A program made the position numbers and the translations under genes. The notes under the pieces were generated by a model, which saw only the letters and a program-made list of their open reading frames with translations, was not told where the DNA came from and searched no databases. A DNA stretch of 63,798 nt, filler included, from Octopus bimaculoides (Eukaryota): the NCBI RefSeq assembly GCF_001194135.2. It is 5 parts of 4 records of this genome, joined end to end, with 100 filler letters (N's around TTAATTAATTAA, not from the genome) between each part and the next. Parts side by side here need not be neighbours in the genome. Positions count along the whole stretch, not along the records: positions 1 to 28,028 come from NC_068984.1; 4 more parts are not named here. One strand, 5' to 3'. Of this stretch, positions 1 to 13,799 are shown one piece after another. Every line of letters begins with the position of its first letter. Position 1 is the stretch's first letter.

Positions 1-124
1 GACATAATGGGGAGCTGCCGCTCTTTAATATGTTGGCCTGGTAGTTCTTTGTAGGTAGGCATTGATCTTGGGCTGCTATGATAAACCCCTCTGTTTCTGA
101 TTTCAAGCCAGAGGCCATTAACCA
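1..124 (-). mobile_element. R4/Dong-clade non-LTR retrotransposon fragment (region C-terminal to RT), 5'-truncated at a (TAA)n array, runs off the window edge
   Basis: Hand translation of the minus strand gives an uninterrupted WLMASGLKSETEGFIIAAQDQCLPTKNYQANILKSGSSPLC. This matches the WL..G.LK.ETEGFI.A.QDQ motif that precedes the CCHC finger in R4/Dong elements (family assignment from recall). Confidence 0.8.
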
Positions 125-178
125 TTATTATTATTATTATTAACATTATTATTATTAGTATTATTATTATTATTGTTG

Positions 179-243
<65 letters not shown>
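125..243. repeat. (ATT)n/(GTT)n microsatellite
   Basis: Directly visible trinucleotide array. Confidence 0.95.
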
Positions 244-245
<2 letters not shown>

Positions 246-246
246 A

Positions 247-457
247 GCGGCGAGCTAGCAGAATCGTTAGCACGCTGGACGAAATGCCTTGCAGTATTTC
301 ACTCGTAACTACGTACTGAGTTCAAATTCTACCAAGGTCGATTTGCCTTTCATCATTTCGGAGTTGATAAATTAAGTACCAGTTACGCATTGGGGTGGAT
401 GTAATCGACTAGCCCCTCCCCTCAAATTTCAGGCCTTGTGCCTATAATAGAAGGGAT
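247..457 (+). mobile_element. tRNA-derived SINE, tail type B
   Basis: Head gcggcgagctagcagaatcgttagcacg, B-box-like gagttcaaattc, central gcctttcatc..gataaattaagtaccag, tail ccctcccctcaaatttcaggccttgtgcc, then (ATT)n. Clearly homologous to copies at 19335, 38012, 40064, 44015, 44250 and 58159. Confidence 0.9.
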
Positions 458-2769
458 TATTATTATTATTATTACTGTTATTACTATTATCAATATTATT
501 ATTACTATTAGTAGTAGTGGTAGTAGTAGTAGTAGCAGCAGCAGCACATTTTACTTCTCAGAGCTCTCAATATTACTTGCTCTGATTAATCCTGTGGGAG
601 TAGATAGCATCCGATTGTCAATGGACTAACAGGGTCTCTCTAGCTAAATTATAACTCTAGATACTTAGGCGTGAAGTTTTATGGAAGATACACCCAGTTA
701 CCAATATTAAATTTGTAGTTGTCCTCAACAGAGCAGCTTTGGAGCCAAGCTCTTCCTCATGTCAATTTCAATTTCTCCGACATATTTCTCGAAGTTGGTT
801 ATTTGTGTTCCGAACTAACATGACAATGCATTTGGTCCGATGTTTTACCAGTCCATCGTTGACACTTTCAGAGTTTGAACTCAAAGCACAAGGAGCTGAA
901 GCCAATAAGTACGAGGCAGTTTATCCGGTTCTGCAATGATTCTGACAATACGCCAATTTCAATGAAGATGATAAGACATAGTTATCAGTACTGACGATTT
1001 TCCTGGCCGTTTTCTTTTTTATTCTTGTTATTGTAGCTGTATTATCGACGTTGGTGAGAAATAAATAGTGTTGATGATGGTATTAATATTGATATTGATA
1101 ATGTCAATGGATAACGGAGAAAGTTATTGATGACGATGAAAATCATATTTCTGATAAGGGTATTTATCATCACTAATGTTATTTAAATTAAAATATAGAT
1201 GATAGTTAAGATGATGATAACTTTAATGATGGAAAAATGATGGTGATGCTGATGAGGAGGGGAAGTTTGCGTTACTGGCGATTGAAATGATAATAACAAG
1301 AATACAACAATGATAATGCTTCCGTTGATGATAGTGCTCCTTTTGGAGGTGTTTATTCCGATAGATATGATTATTTTAAGGTTGATAGGGAAACCATGAT
1401 GAGAACGAGTAATGTTGAATATCCTAAAGATGATAATGATAATGAGGAGGATGACGAGGGCATCGCCATATTGATCATCATCATAGGATTGATCAGGATG
1501 TTGCTGAAGTGGTGGGGCGATTACTCATGACAAAGGTGATGGGAGAAGTACTGGTGTTGGTGGTTGCGGTGTTGGAAATAAAGTAATTAAATTTAATTCA
1601 ACATAATTTATTGTCATTGTAATTTTTATAGCAACAATGAAGTGCCTGTTATCAACATTCTGTGGATCGAATTGTGTGAAAAGATAAGATAGCCGAATAA
1701 ATATTAAAATAACAATGTTGATGATGATGACGATGGCAGCGGTCGCTATGGTGGTGGTGATATCTATGATGGCGGTGGTTGTCGTTACCGTGATTATGAT
1801 GAAATTCAATTCCAAAACATTCAAAGGGAACATATAGAATTGAGGGAGGAAATTGTAGTTAAGTACTTCAAACATGAAATTAATAAAAGTAAAGGAAAAA
1901 CATGAGATAAAAGAAGAAAAAGTCAAAATCTAATGGAAGATTAGAAGTGGTTGGTGGGCAAATATATAATGGTGATTATGGTGGGAAGGGATAGATTTCT
2001 TTACATCAAAAAATGCGTACAACATGTTTGGGCATATTTCTGTAGAAGTTCCCAATATAAAAGAAAAGGATGTTAAAGGAAAACAACAATGTTTTTTTGT
2101 TATTTATATTAAAATTTTTGGTGATCGAGGTTTGGTGAGGTGGGATAAATTCAATATTGTCAAACACTTCAGCTATTGACATAAACACGAATTACCAAAA
2201 ATCGAAGTAGAGAGTTAGAAATCACTATATTTATTACAAGTACACTTACTATTTTAAACCTTTCACATGAAAAGGATATTTCATACACATACACGTATGT
2301 TTAATTATTGCTAAGCCAAACATTAGGTTGATAGCTAGCTAAATTTTTTTTAAACTTTAGGTTAAGCTTTATAAACCCTGTCGGTATCACAATTAATATT
2401 TCATTTTTTTTTGTCCACCCTGGGATTCAATTTCTATTCAAGCAGAAATTGCTAGAGCTTTCTATATCTCGTTTTAAGTTTTAATTTTTTTTATTAATAT
2501 TGGTTTTCGATATTTCTCTTTACGTGTTTATCAGATCCCTATTTAGCAATGCAGTATCAGAAGTAGTGAAGTTGTGTGAGGCATGTATATTTTATTTCAT
2601 CATATTGATTAATTATGCATTACTTTTTACCCATTCTATTTATAAATAATGTCCAAATGTCAACAATTCTTTTGAGTTGGCATTGCTTAAAGGAGAAAGG
2701 ATTTTTGCTGGTGGAAAATTATATTCAAATATTTCTATATGCGGTGTTCATAAATGTTTTTTTATTAGA

Positions 2770-2819
2770 TAATAACAATAATAACAATAATAATAGCAAC
2801 AATATGATATAACAACTTC

Positions 2820-2904
<85 letters not shown>

Positions 2905-2945
2905 ATGATGATGATGATGATGATGTTGATGATGATGATGATACT
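2770..2945. repeat. Compound (AAT)n-(ATT)n-(GAT)n microsatellite
   Basis: Directly visible. (AAT)n abuts its own reverse complement (ATT)n at 2857/2858. Confidence 0.95.
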
Positions 2946-3222
2946 AATAATAAATTCTTAAGAACACTATGAATAGAAGCGATATGACTGAAATTAAATA
3001 GTTCTCAAAAAAAAAAAAAAAAAAAAGATCACAAGGGATCTGCATTACTGGATAAATTATGAATACGCTCATATACATTCTCAAACATGCATAAAGGAGT
3101 GCAGATATATAGACACGCATTCACAAACATACACTCATACATAGACTTACATATATACAAAATATAACAGTATACTACGTAGCATACATATATATGTCTA
3201 TGTTTATGTATTCATAGGTACA

Positions 3223-3224
<2 letters not shown>

Positions 3225-3277
<53 letters not shown>

Positions 3278-3288
3278 NNNNNNNNNNN

Positions 3289-3342
<54 letters not shown>

Positions 3343-3350
3343 GTGTGTGT
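3225..3350. repeat. (TA)n, gap, (GT)n microsatellite
   Basis: Directly visible. Confidence 0.95.
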
Positions 3351-6300
3351 GTATGTATTCATAGGTATATATGTGTGTGTACACGTATACATGTGTAATT
3401 TTGTAACATCGCATATGATATATCCGTTTCACTTTATATACATACATATAGTGATGGATAGATATATAAATAGATAGATAGACACCGCACAAACACACAG
3501 GTAGAATATCTCACATAAAATATATCTGAATATATGCATATGCAGATGTATGAATGAGTGTATGTGTGTATGTATAATGTACTAAATATTTTCCTGCTAC
3601 ATGTTTAGCTCACAAATCCTTTATTCATTCAATATACATAGAAATACGAAGTTTTTGACGGAAAAGTCAAATTTTGGAGTGTAATTGTATCTTCATAGTT
3701 GATTGTGTCGATATGATGATAGGTACCAAACCAAAGTGTCAGCAGTTTGAATCTCTTAGTTGTTGATGTTCTTCTAATAACAGTTACTTCGACATTATAT
3801 TTCCACTTCACAATTCGATATCATATTTGGTCTTTTATTACCAACAGTTGTGAAATTTTTCCTTCCACTAAAATCATTCAAAATCAATCGGTGATTATAT
3901 TTTATTAATGGTTATTCGTAAAATAAAAAATAATAAAAGGCACTGTCTTGTTTTAATACCAGTGATATAATCAACCACGGCATTCTATACATGGTTTAAG
4001 CAATCATGGCGATAGATACTCTCTGATAATGAGGTGGAATGGAATAGTCAGTTTAGTTGGTTTCCATATCATATAGGGAGCTAGAATTCTTGTGTTTGGA
4101 ATATATTAATGGAAAATTAGGTCTTGAGAGAATTTAAATTCCAACAAAAAAATGCTGTAATTAACAGCTATAACATTTTCTTTTTGTGCTGTGTCATATC
4201 TATCTACTCAGACATTCATAAACTTTGAGTGCCGAATATAACATGCAATGAGTTATTGTGAATTTCTAAATGAGAACAAATTATTCAGGTGCATTACATT
4301 TCAATTATGATTATCTAATGCTTTTTATTCTATATCTGGATCGATGTTATGTAATGCATATCGCTTTCTAGAAAAGGGAAATATTTCATTTGTATTTGGA
4401 CCGAATTGTATACATATTTCTAACACGTCAAATGTCATGCATAAAACTTTTTAGAACATCTGTGGGAATAGTAGTTTTAAATATAGGAAGATACATGGTC
4501 TACAAAAACAAAAAAATAAATAAATCCCAAATTTGGTGAAACTACGACAATATTGAACATTCCTTAAGAAGCTATCAAATCAACACTTTCCGTAATGTGT
4601 TTTTTTTTGTCAAAAGTGTAAACGAGTATATGGTTTCTTTTCTAAGCACTGTTTTTCATATAAGAAACATCTCCACTAACTTGCTGTAGGATATTTACCA
4701 AAGTTATTGTCTGTTGCTTATTCTATATCTATTCAGGAATCATACCTGTATATATCTATACAGGAATCATAAAATGAATCCTAATTTCCTTGCTGAACAG
4801 CTTCCTACATTAGATTCAAGCTTTAAGCTAAATTTCCTATTCAGCTACAATCAACATATTTTTATACATATGCAATTTATTCATTAAATTGCTCAAGGTA
4901 TTGCCAGATTGAACATCCTTTACATACCATCAAATCTCTATCCATATGGAATTTGAATAAAGTTTAGGTGCAGTTATTTGTAATTTTCGTGAATATAAAT
5001 ATAAAGAAACTAAAGAACGAAAAAAGAGTGTAAAAACGACAATGATGTGGTCTGGGAACCCTTTCGTTTATTAAATATGTTTTCATATTAAAAATGCATT
5101 CACTAAATCATTTCAAAATATTACTCGTTGTTTCACAAAACCAAGATAAATGTTGACATGTTGAGACAACAGCACAACCAATGTCTTAAACAAAATTAAA
5201 TAAGTAGAACAAAAGCGGAGGACAAAATAAATATATTTTTTTGTTTCTGTATTATTCATTTTAATACTTAATGACTATTAATTTTATAGGTTTAGGAATA
5301 TCAATAAATTTTCATAGCTAATTAGATTAGATTTCAAAATAAATTTTGTATCTGTTTAATATTTCAGCATCAGTTAACATGAAATTAATGACCCATAAAT
5401 ATACATGAACGAAGCCGATTCAATGCTGAAGGATGTGTGTTTCAGAAAAGTCAAGTGGTGAGTGAAGCTGCATTAAAGCAGATAATTACATGCTGGTTGT
5501 TTTCCTAATAGTTTTACTTCCTGCTTCTGAATATTCCATCACAGCAATGTTTAGTTACCATTTCCATGATTTTATTTAATTTTTTATTTTTGTTGTTTTC
5601 CTATGAAGCTATAATTTAGGCTATAAAATACAATAGCATTAAGTAACACTACTCAGACCTTTGTAGTAGTACACTACATTTTTTTTCTCAGCAGCAGAAG
5701 AAAATTATGCAAAGTAACATGAATAACACTGAAAGCTGAGGTAAGAGCAATCAACAGACTGAATCTCCTTTCTTCCTCTCTATCTTTATAGATTAATGGC
5801 TATTGAGCAGTCCCATTACTTGTATTGCAAGTAAATAAAACTTCCTTAGCAAATGCCATTTGAACTAATGCATTATATTCTCCACTCATAATGTACTATG
5901 AAACAGAGTGTAAGAAGTTGCTGAAGTCAACAAGGTGTCCAACTAACAGTAAAAGTTTAGCGGTTCATATCCTATCAATCTTTTCACCAGCAGTGTGATG
6001 TATATGAAACGCACACGCTCTAAATATCTGAATTACCTTTCACATAGTCGTTACTGTGACTCATATGATATTACGTTAAAACACTCGATGGAATGCAATT
6101 CAACCAATGTTCACTTAACTAAGAAGTCGCATTTTTGATAGCTTGCAGAGGTGTGAGTTCATTTCTTCATTTGAATTAGTATAAAACTAAGATACTTGAC
6201 TGCAGCCCACGGCATGTGTATGAACAGGCAAGGGTGTATCTATGGAATTTTTAACTGAAACATATGAGTTAGAAGTAGAAGGTCATTTCCTGTCATTATT

Positions 6301-6799
6301 CCATAAACCTGATACCAGATCAAATCTCAGCTAAAGGTGCTCATAAACCAGATTGATTAGGTTTAAAAAGGAGCGATAGATTCGGCTAAACTATTTATGA
6401 CAAAAATAATTGTCAAAGCTCTCTCAAATAGCTCTCTCGCCTTATAAGAAAAAGGAATGTTACAATGAAAGTCATGCTTCTTAATATGCTATCTGAATTA
6501 GAGACATGAGTTTCGCTTAGGAAATAAGTTTGATCATATCTAAGTATTCAGGGCATACATGGGGGGAAACATTGTATTGTGTATCTTAGTATTTTGTATT
6601 GACATAGATCCGTCTCTGTTTAATGATGCACAGTCTTAAAATAATTCTTTCTTGTAACATTAAAAAAGAAGTCGTGTATCCAGGTGCTGTGCAGAGAATT
6701 GTTGTCAGAAGAGAGATTCTATGCAGAGCAATTAGCACTAAATGTCTATACGAGATGCCTTCTCAAGAAGAATAACGCATTATTGTGACTTTCATACTG

Positions 6800-6906
6800 T
6801 ATATATATTTATATATATATATGTATGTGTGTGTGTGTGTGTGTGTGCGTGTGTGTGTATGTGCGTGTGCGTGTGCGCGTGTGCGTTAGCGCGTGTGCGT
6901 GTGTGC

Positions 6907-6945
<39 letters not shown>
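6800..6945. repeat. Compound (TA)n/(GT)n/(GC) microsatellite
   Basis: Directly visible. Confidence 0.9.
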
Positions 6946-7263
6946 TTAATCAAATACCGTGGTTTTACTCAAACTCACAGCTGTTTGCGACACCAGTGAC
7001 GTATTAATTACTATTTATATATTAGGGGGATGAAATTTGTCTACACATGCCAATGATAATGGATACCTGCCACCGTAAACGCGCAAATATGTAGAAAAAA
7101 GTGGGATATAGCAATTCCACCACCGCCGCTGCACAATTTTTGTTCGCTACTGATATTTATGTGATTTTGAGAATTATACACCTGTGTACGACTTGCCTTC
7201 TCAAGATGAGTACTTCAATATTTTGGTTTTGTAAACGTTTATCCATATTAAGTAAGACGTACA

Positions 7264-7462
7264 TACGAGGGGATACTGGAAAGGTCCTAGTTTTAAGTGT
7301 GTTGCAAACGGCCTGGTTGGAACTCAACCTTCCATGTACTTTTACAGGGCTTAAAAAAAAAACTGAAGGACCGCTGCAATGAGTGTGTGAATCTGAAAGA
7401 GTAATACGTTGAATAAAATCATAATTAAATAATTTCCATGTACTTTCTTTTACTCAAAGCCA
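7264..7462 (-). mobile_element. Mariner/Tc1-like MITE, one TIR lost
   Basis: Begins tacgaggggatactggaaaggtcctag. The interior is the reverse complement of the complete copy at 24240-24455 (e.g. gttgaataaaatcataatt vs aattacgattttattcaac). Confidence 0.75.
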
Positions 7463-8303
7463 CACGCATACACGCACTCACACACATACATACATACATA
7501 TGTTGTAAGATAGGTAGTTCTAAATTGCTGATGATCAGGTACACAAACAATACATGTTTTTTTTTTAACCTAGATACATTTTGTTTTCGAACTGTAGCTC
7601 ATTACTTGGTTTGTCTCTTCGTGTTTTGCAATCTTATTTAGATGGTTATTTTGCTTTACATTCGTGCCAGACATAGTTATACTAATGGCAAAGAATAGAA
7701 AAATTGATTCATGTCCTTTGTGTACTATCTCTTCTCTGAAAATAAATCTATGATAGACCAGTTAATATGGTCGATGAAAGTTACCTAGCATCTGCTTATT
7801 ATTTTACGTACTGTATACAAGCAATGATTATCAAAGATTGTTTGAATTGAGAAAACATCTTACAATAAGATATAAATGGTTTAAACAAATATGATAATAT
7901 CATATATGCCATGTAGCAAAATGGTAGATCAAGTGAGATTATCTAAATACTTCATAGTGGAAATTTCCTCTAGAGATATTTATTATCTGGAAACAAGGAA
8001 AAGAAATAATTGAAATGATAGCATGAGTATTTGCATCGGTGTTAAGCGTAAGGAAATTTCTGTGGCTTTCAACATCTAGGTTTACAGACAAAATTCACTC
8101 AAAACTGCATTGTTTATATTATATAGAATTTTCGCTCAACTACCGTCCATACTGTAGTTATCTATCTTGTTTTCAGGTTTTAAACTTAATAATAGGGTGT
8201 ATTTAGCAACTATTTACTTAGAAAGTCCCTCTTGATCAAAGTTGTTCAACTTCCTATATCAAATAAATCATACATTATCGTATTTTTTATGGATATGCAG
8301 AAA

Positions 8304-9190
8304 CCGGATTTATTCAACCTGTATAGAGAGAAAGCTCTAAGCAAGATCAAGGCAATTGCAGAACAGAGCTACACGTGTGGGGGGGGGGGAAGGAATTATA
8401 ACAATCTGAGTTACGCAGACGATACAGCTTTGTTTGCGGAGACAGAAGAGAAGCTTCAGGGATTGATTAATATCGTGTCTAAGGGGAGTGGACTGCTTCG
8501 ATTAAAGATTAAGTGCCAGAAAACCTTTTAATGGTCTGTACCAAGAAAGCACAGGTACCATCATATCGCTTAATGGTGAATGGAACTAGGATAGAGCAGA
8601 AGGAGTTTCATATGTCTGTGAAGTTGGATAGCATCAGATGGAATGTCAGATAAGGACATCAAATACAGAAATGTATTAGCAAAGAAGACTTTTATGGATA
8701 TGAGAAGCATATTTTGTGCAAAGAGAATTGAAATGGAAGTCAAGAAAAGACTATTGAATTGCTACATCTGCTCGGTACTAACGTATGAATGTGAGTCTTG
8801 GATGATCAGCAAAGTCATAGAGAAGAGACCCAAAGCTGAAGAAATGTGGTTTTATTGCAAAATGCTTACAATATACTAGATACAGAGAGTGTTGAATGTG
8901 GAAGTGTTGAAGAAGATGGAATTGAAGAGACAGTTGACTCATACAATCAGATAGCGACAGTGAAGAATTGTTGGCCATTTTCACAGAGAGGATGACGGAA
9001 TTGAGCGTTACATCGTGGAGACTGAGCTGGTTGGAAGCAGAGCGTGAGAAAGGTAGGGAATGATGTTTGACTGGATGAAGAAGAGACTGAACATGCAGAG
9101 CGAAACAGACTTGGATGATGCTGACAGAGACAGAAATAACTGGAGGAGGAACAAGCAATTATTTGTCAAAAGCATGAATATGCCAAGACA
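8304..9190 (+). mobile_element. RTE-clade LINE 3' fragment (decayed reverse transcriptase C-terminal half)
   Basis: PDLFNLY...GGRNYNNLSYADDTALFAETEEKLQGL (YADD at 8412-8423), then AKKTFMDM, VKKRLLNCYICSVLTYECESW, EMWFY and DRNNWR, with stops and frameshifts. Followed by (AG)n. Confidence 0.9.
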
Positions 9191-9270
9191 CAAGAGAGAG
9201 AGAGATAGAGAGAGAGAAGGGGGAAGAGAGAGAGAAAGAAAGAAAGAGACAAAGAGACAAAGAGATGCAG
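9191..9270. repeat. (AG)n-rich tract
   Basis: Directly visible. Confidence 0.85.
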
Positions 9271-12200
9271 AAAGCACCCTTGTTTAATTTGCCTCAGTCA
9301 TTTTACACAAATTATTTCTATTTTAGTCTTGGTATTAGAGATTCCAAAGTTTATACACAAAACCACAATTTTGGCAATGAAATATATACTATGTTCATTT
9401 GAATTTTGATGCGCACATCTTACTTTAAACGTTTAGTAAATATATTATATTTCAAATATCCTGATTTGATTTCACTGATAAATGAACTTGATGAAATTAA
9501 TGAGTTGCAGTGTTAATACTAAACTTCATAATTGTTTGTTTAATACCTATTTAATTAGAAACAAATTTACATTATTTCAATTGCTTGCAGACATTATTGC
9601 TTTGGTTGCATCCTAACTGCTTAATATTTATGTATTATTCAGCATCGATTTCTTTTAACTGGGCCTTACACTGACTTTTGCCGAGGAAAATGTAATAAAC
9701 TAAGAAACCAATCCTCCTATGTAACTGGTATATAATTTTATGACTATGCAATATGTGTAAGGTGTATGCGATTTCAGTTAATTTAAGTTTAGAGTGGTTT
9801 AAGTAAATACTATTAAGTAAATACTATAAAGATTGTTCAAGTCTTTTTTGCCTATTACCGCCCTAGTTGAAACCAAATAAGAGATGCAGAATAGTAGAAA
9901 TGAACGAAATCTCTTGTTAATATCGTATGTTATATTAAATTGATAATTGCAATGAACCCTGATGCAGATTTGTTCCAAGCGTTCAGCGTGTTAATGAACA
10001 ACCAATCACTTACTGCAGTCAGTAGTGGCTGACAAAGCAAGTGTACTTGATCATGTTAAGCCTAAAAGAACAAAACATGTTACGTAGATAGTCCCTGAAA
10101 TGACAGATCAAATCACCGAATCCATTATTTTGTATAATCCACGCTTTCGTCAAACTGAGTATCGTAATGCCCATTTCGAAATGTGAGATAGAAGACCACC
10201 ACAGAAAGGTTCCCTACAAAACTCATGTTTTACGCTCTTTTCGCGTTTTTTCATTTTTTTCGGTGTCAGGTCTGTCTCAAGCTATGAAGGCTACGGTCAT
10301 AATCACTTAGCAGTATTTGTTCTATTACATTTTGGGTGTCGAGTTATTAATTCGTGTTTTCGTGCCAACAAGATAATGCTTTGTAAAAATATTTCCAAAC
10401 AATGTAACAAGTAACCGTTGTTGTATTTACCCAAAAACTTTGTGGGATAAGCCGGACCGCTCAAAAACGACGTACTGAGGAGTCGATGTGATATGAAAGA
10501 AGAAGCGAAAATATTTCAGGAAAAGGCGAATTGGTATAATCTTGGGAATACCATTTGCAGGCGTATGAGCAGTTATTTGATTACATCACTTAACGTTCTC
10601 AGTTAAGTTCTGTTGACATGGAATTTTATTTCTTCAAAGTCGGTAAACAATTAGAAGTGATTGTTGTTTGTATACAGTCAAGGAAGAATACTCTCAGGGA
10701 AAGGAGGCTTTTATTTCATTACGTCGAATTTGCTTTTATTTGCTCATGAGAAAAAATTACAATATGATCATTGTAGATAGACGATTTGGTACAGCCCAGG
10801 AAATTCTGTTTTAGTTTGTTGTGTTTGAGAACTGTTATTCAATTAAGTCTCAATGTCTCAATTATTTTCTGATTTTGTCGAATTTACCATACTTCATGGT
10901 CAGCAAAATACTACTAGTAATATTATGATAATGTTGTTTATATCTTTTTTCCAGATCCTCTAAATATTAGTTGCTTTGAAATAATATAAGAAACATTTTG
11001 CACCACAGATGCAATATCATTATATTTTGAAGCTTTATCTAATTTGGAATGAACTTCTCGTTGTATTTCTGCGATATATGTGTTTTGCCTATTTGATGAT
11101 TCATTCCTGAAAGAAATGAAATATTCAGTGTTCTAGTTTATATTATATAGTAAATTTAGAAATAAACACTTACGTTCTTAATTGCTAAGATGATTATTGT
11201 TTGAAAATGGTGTGAGTAAATGTATAAGAAAATGATTTGAGAAAGTGTATGAGTACTATTTTTTTATTCATAATGATAATATTGATTTCGAGCGCAGTAG
11301 CTAAGTATAATGAAATTAGGAGGATCGTTATATTCGTTTGGATTTTCCCCAGTATTTGATGATGGAAGGGAATTTCAGCACTGTAGGATTTCAATTCAAG
11401 ACATTAAGAGCCGTAATTCAATAGAACAAGCTAATCTTTCTGATGCTGATAATAATGGGTAACGGTAACATACCTTTCTTAAAGATATTTGTATTTATTA
11501 TATTCTATATGAAACATCTAAAATGAACGTTCACCAAGATAGGTCCTGCGAAGCGTTCATAAATTAAACTTAATTTTAGGACCGCAAACCTATGGGTAGG
11601 AGACTACATGAGGGACTGGAAAGGAAAAGCCTCCTCGCTCTTGTAAATCATGGGTAATATAGAAACCAAATTTCCTTCTGATTCCATCTTAATATTGTTG
11701 GAATATAAATGCGTAGTAATTACAATAATATAACAATAATAATAAAGTGTTACACAGTTTTTTAAGCATAATTTTGTAAATAATTATCATGGGCGCCTTT
11801 TCGTGCTTAAATTCCAGTAAGTATTTTGTTTTTTACTCTTAAATTACCCTATTAGAAAGGCATATCTTCTATTAGAACTGCCTTGCCCAATGTAGCGATT
11901 TATGACTAGCTGGATTATTGTGAGATATGAAGGAAATCTTAACCTATTTCTACCAAAGAAAAATCGGTCACATACGGGTTATTTAATTATTTGTTGCTCT
12001 ATATTGTATATTTTCTGTTGCAAGCATCCAGACCAATTACATTTCTTTTGATAATATCAAAATTTCAATCTGTCAGTGTTAGCGTATTGTGTAAAATTTG
12101 TGTTGTTTTTGAGCAATGAATGCCATCTAAATTTTAGCTTCAGCAAGTGAATCAATGTGAATACATTTACTACTCACAGTGACTGAAATATTGACATGGA

Positions 12201-13691
12201 CCAGCCAATCAATAACCACAAATAAACAGTGAAGATTGTTTTTCCTGTAACAATTGATGTTTTGTTTGATGATCAATAATACTCATCGACATATTGACTG
12301 ATTCGCAACACAATGGCCAAGCATCCTTGGTGAACTAATGAGCAATCAAGCTGTCTTTGTTTTTCGATCGGAAATCAGCATCCAGACCTGTCGACTGTAA
12401 AATAATTGTTGAGGAGGCTTAAGATTGTACTGTGTGAAAGATTTTGCTTACTGCAATTTCAAGTGTTTATTGAAATTCTTTGAGAGCTGATATTATCTCC
12501 TACCGATTTTTTCTCTCATCAGCAGAATTTATTCACCGTTGCTCCCATTATATGCTGCAAAAACATCAAATTTATTTACGAACGACAAACTACAATGTCA
12601 GATTTGATTTTAGAATTCTCGGTTATTATCTTTACTACAGAGACTAACAAGTAGCATTCATATGATGAATGCCTTTAATCAAGCTACGAAATTATGAGTA
12701 CAATAAGTTGATACAAGATATTTGCTGCTATGTGAATCGGTTATTCAAAGAAACTCATAAATTAATAGTAATTATGGGATTTATTTCGGAGATATAATTT
12801 TCCATCATTTTTTACAGTAGCAGAAATTGTAAAGCCTCAGTACATATGTAGCATTTAAAGACAATATTTCAGTTAAAGTAATTAAAAGAAAAATATAAAT
12901 ATATTCAAACATTTACTAGTCTAAGTATATGTATTTAAGACAAAAATGAAACTTCGAACACAGGATAAATTTTAGATGTCTATCACTGATAAGCTCACAT
13001 ATTTAGATCGAGAATTACTATGATGCTTGCTAAACGAAAGCATGTAGGCAAAAAACAATAAACACTGGAATAGCTGAGTAATGAAGAAATATCAAGCCCA
13101 ACCATATCATACCTTCATGTATGACGCTCAGTCAACAGGTAATCAGGCAGATGTTAAGACAGGCGAAAAGCGTTCTCATCGCAACTACAACGTATGGTAG
13201 GAGATTTTGCTAGAATTCGGTAGTCAGTCATCAGGAAATGTGAGCGTGTGTGTGTGTTTGCGTGAGAGACAGGGACGTACACACTCACAGCGTGTGTGCG
13301 TACATATACATACGCACGGTTGTTTCTATATATACATATATATTATATATGTATATATATATTTATATATGTATNNNNNNNNNNNNNNNNNNNNNNNNNN
13401 NNNNNNNNNNNNNNNNNNNNNNNNNNNNNNNNNNNNNNNNNNNNNNNNNNNNNNNNNNNNNNNNNNNNNNNNNNNNNNNNNNNNNNNNNNNNNNNNNNNN
13501 NNNNNNNNNNNNNNNNNNNNNNNNNNNNNNNNNNNNNNNNNNNNNNNNNNNNNNNNNNNNNNNNNNNNNNNNNNNNNNNNNNNNNNNNNNNNNNNNNNNN
13601 NNNNNNNNNNNNNNNNNNNNNNNNNNNNNNNNNNNNNNNNNNNNNNNNNNNNNNNNNNNNNNNNNNNNNNNNNNNNNNNNNNNNNNNNNNN

Positions 13692-13738
<47 letters not shown>

Positions 13739-13762
13739 ATATATACATATATATATGTAAGA

Positions 13763-13799
<37 letters not shown>

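Noticed and set aside
960-2000. 1-kb purine-rich D/E/N-looking stretch and the 133-aa minus-strand ORF at 1525-1926
   Set aside because: Degenerate GAT/GGT/AAT simple sequence with frequent stops and no domain. The same applies to 25900-26060 and 40770-41200.
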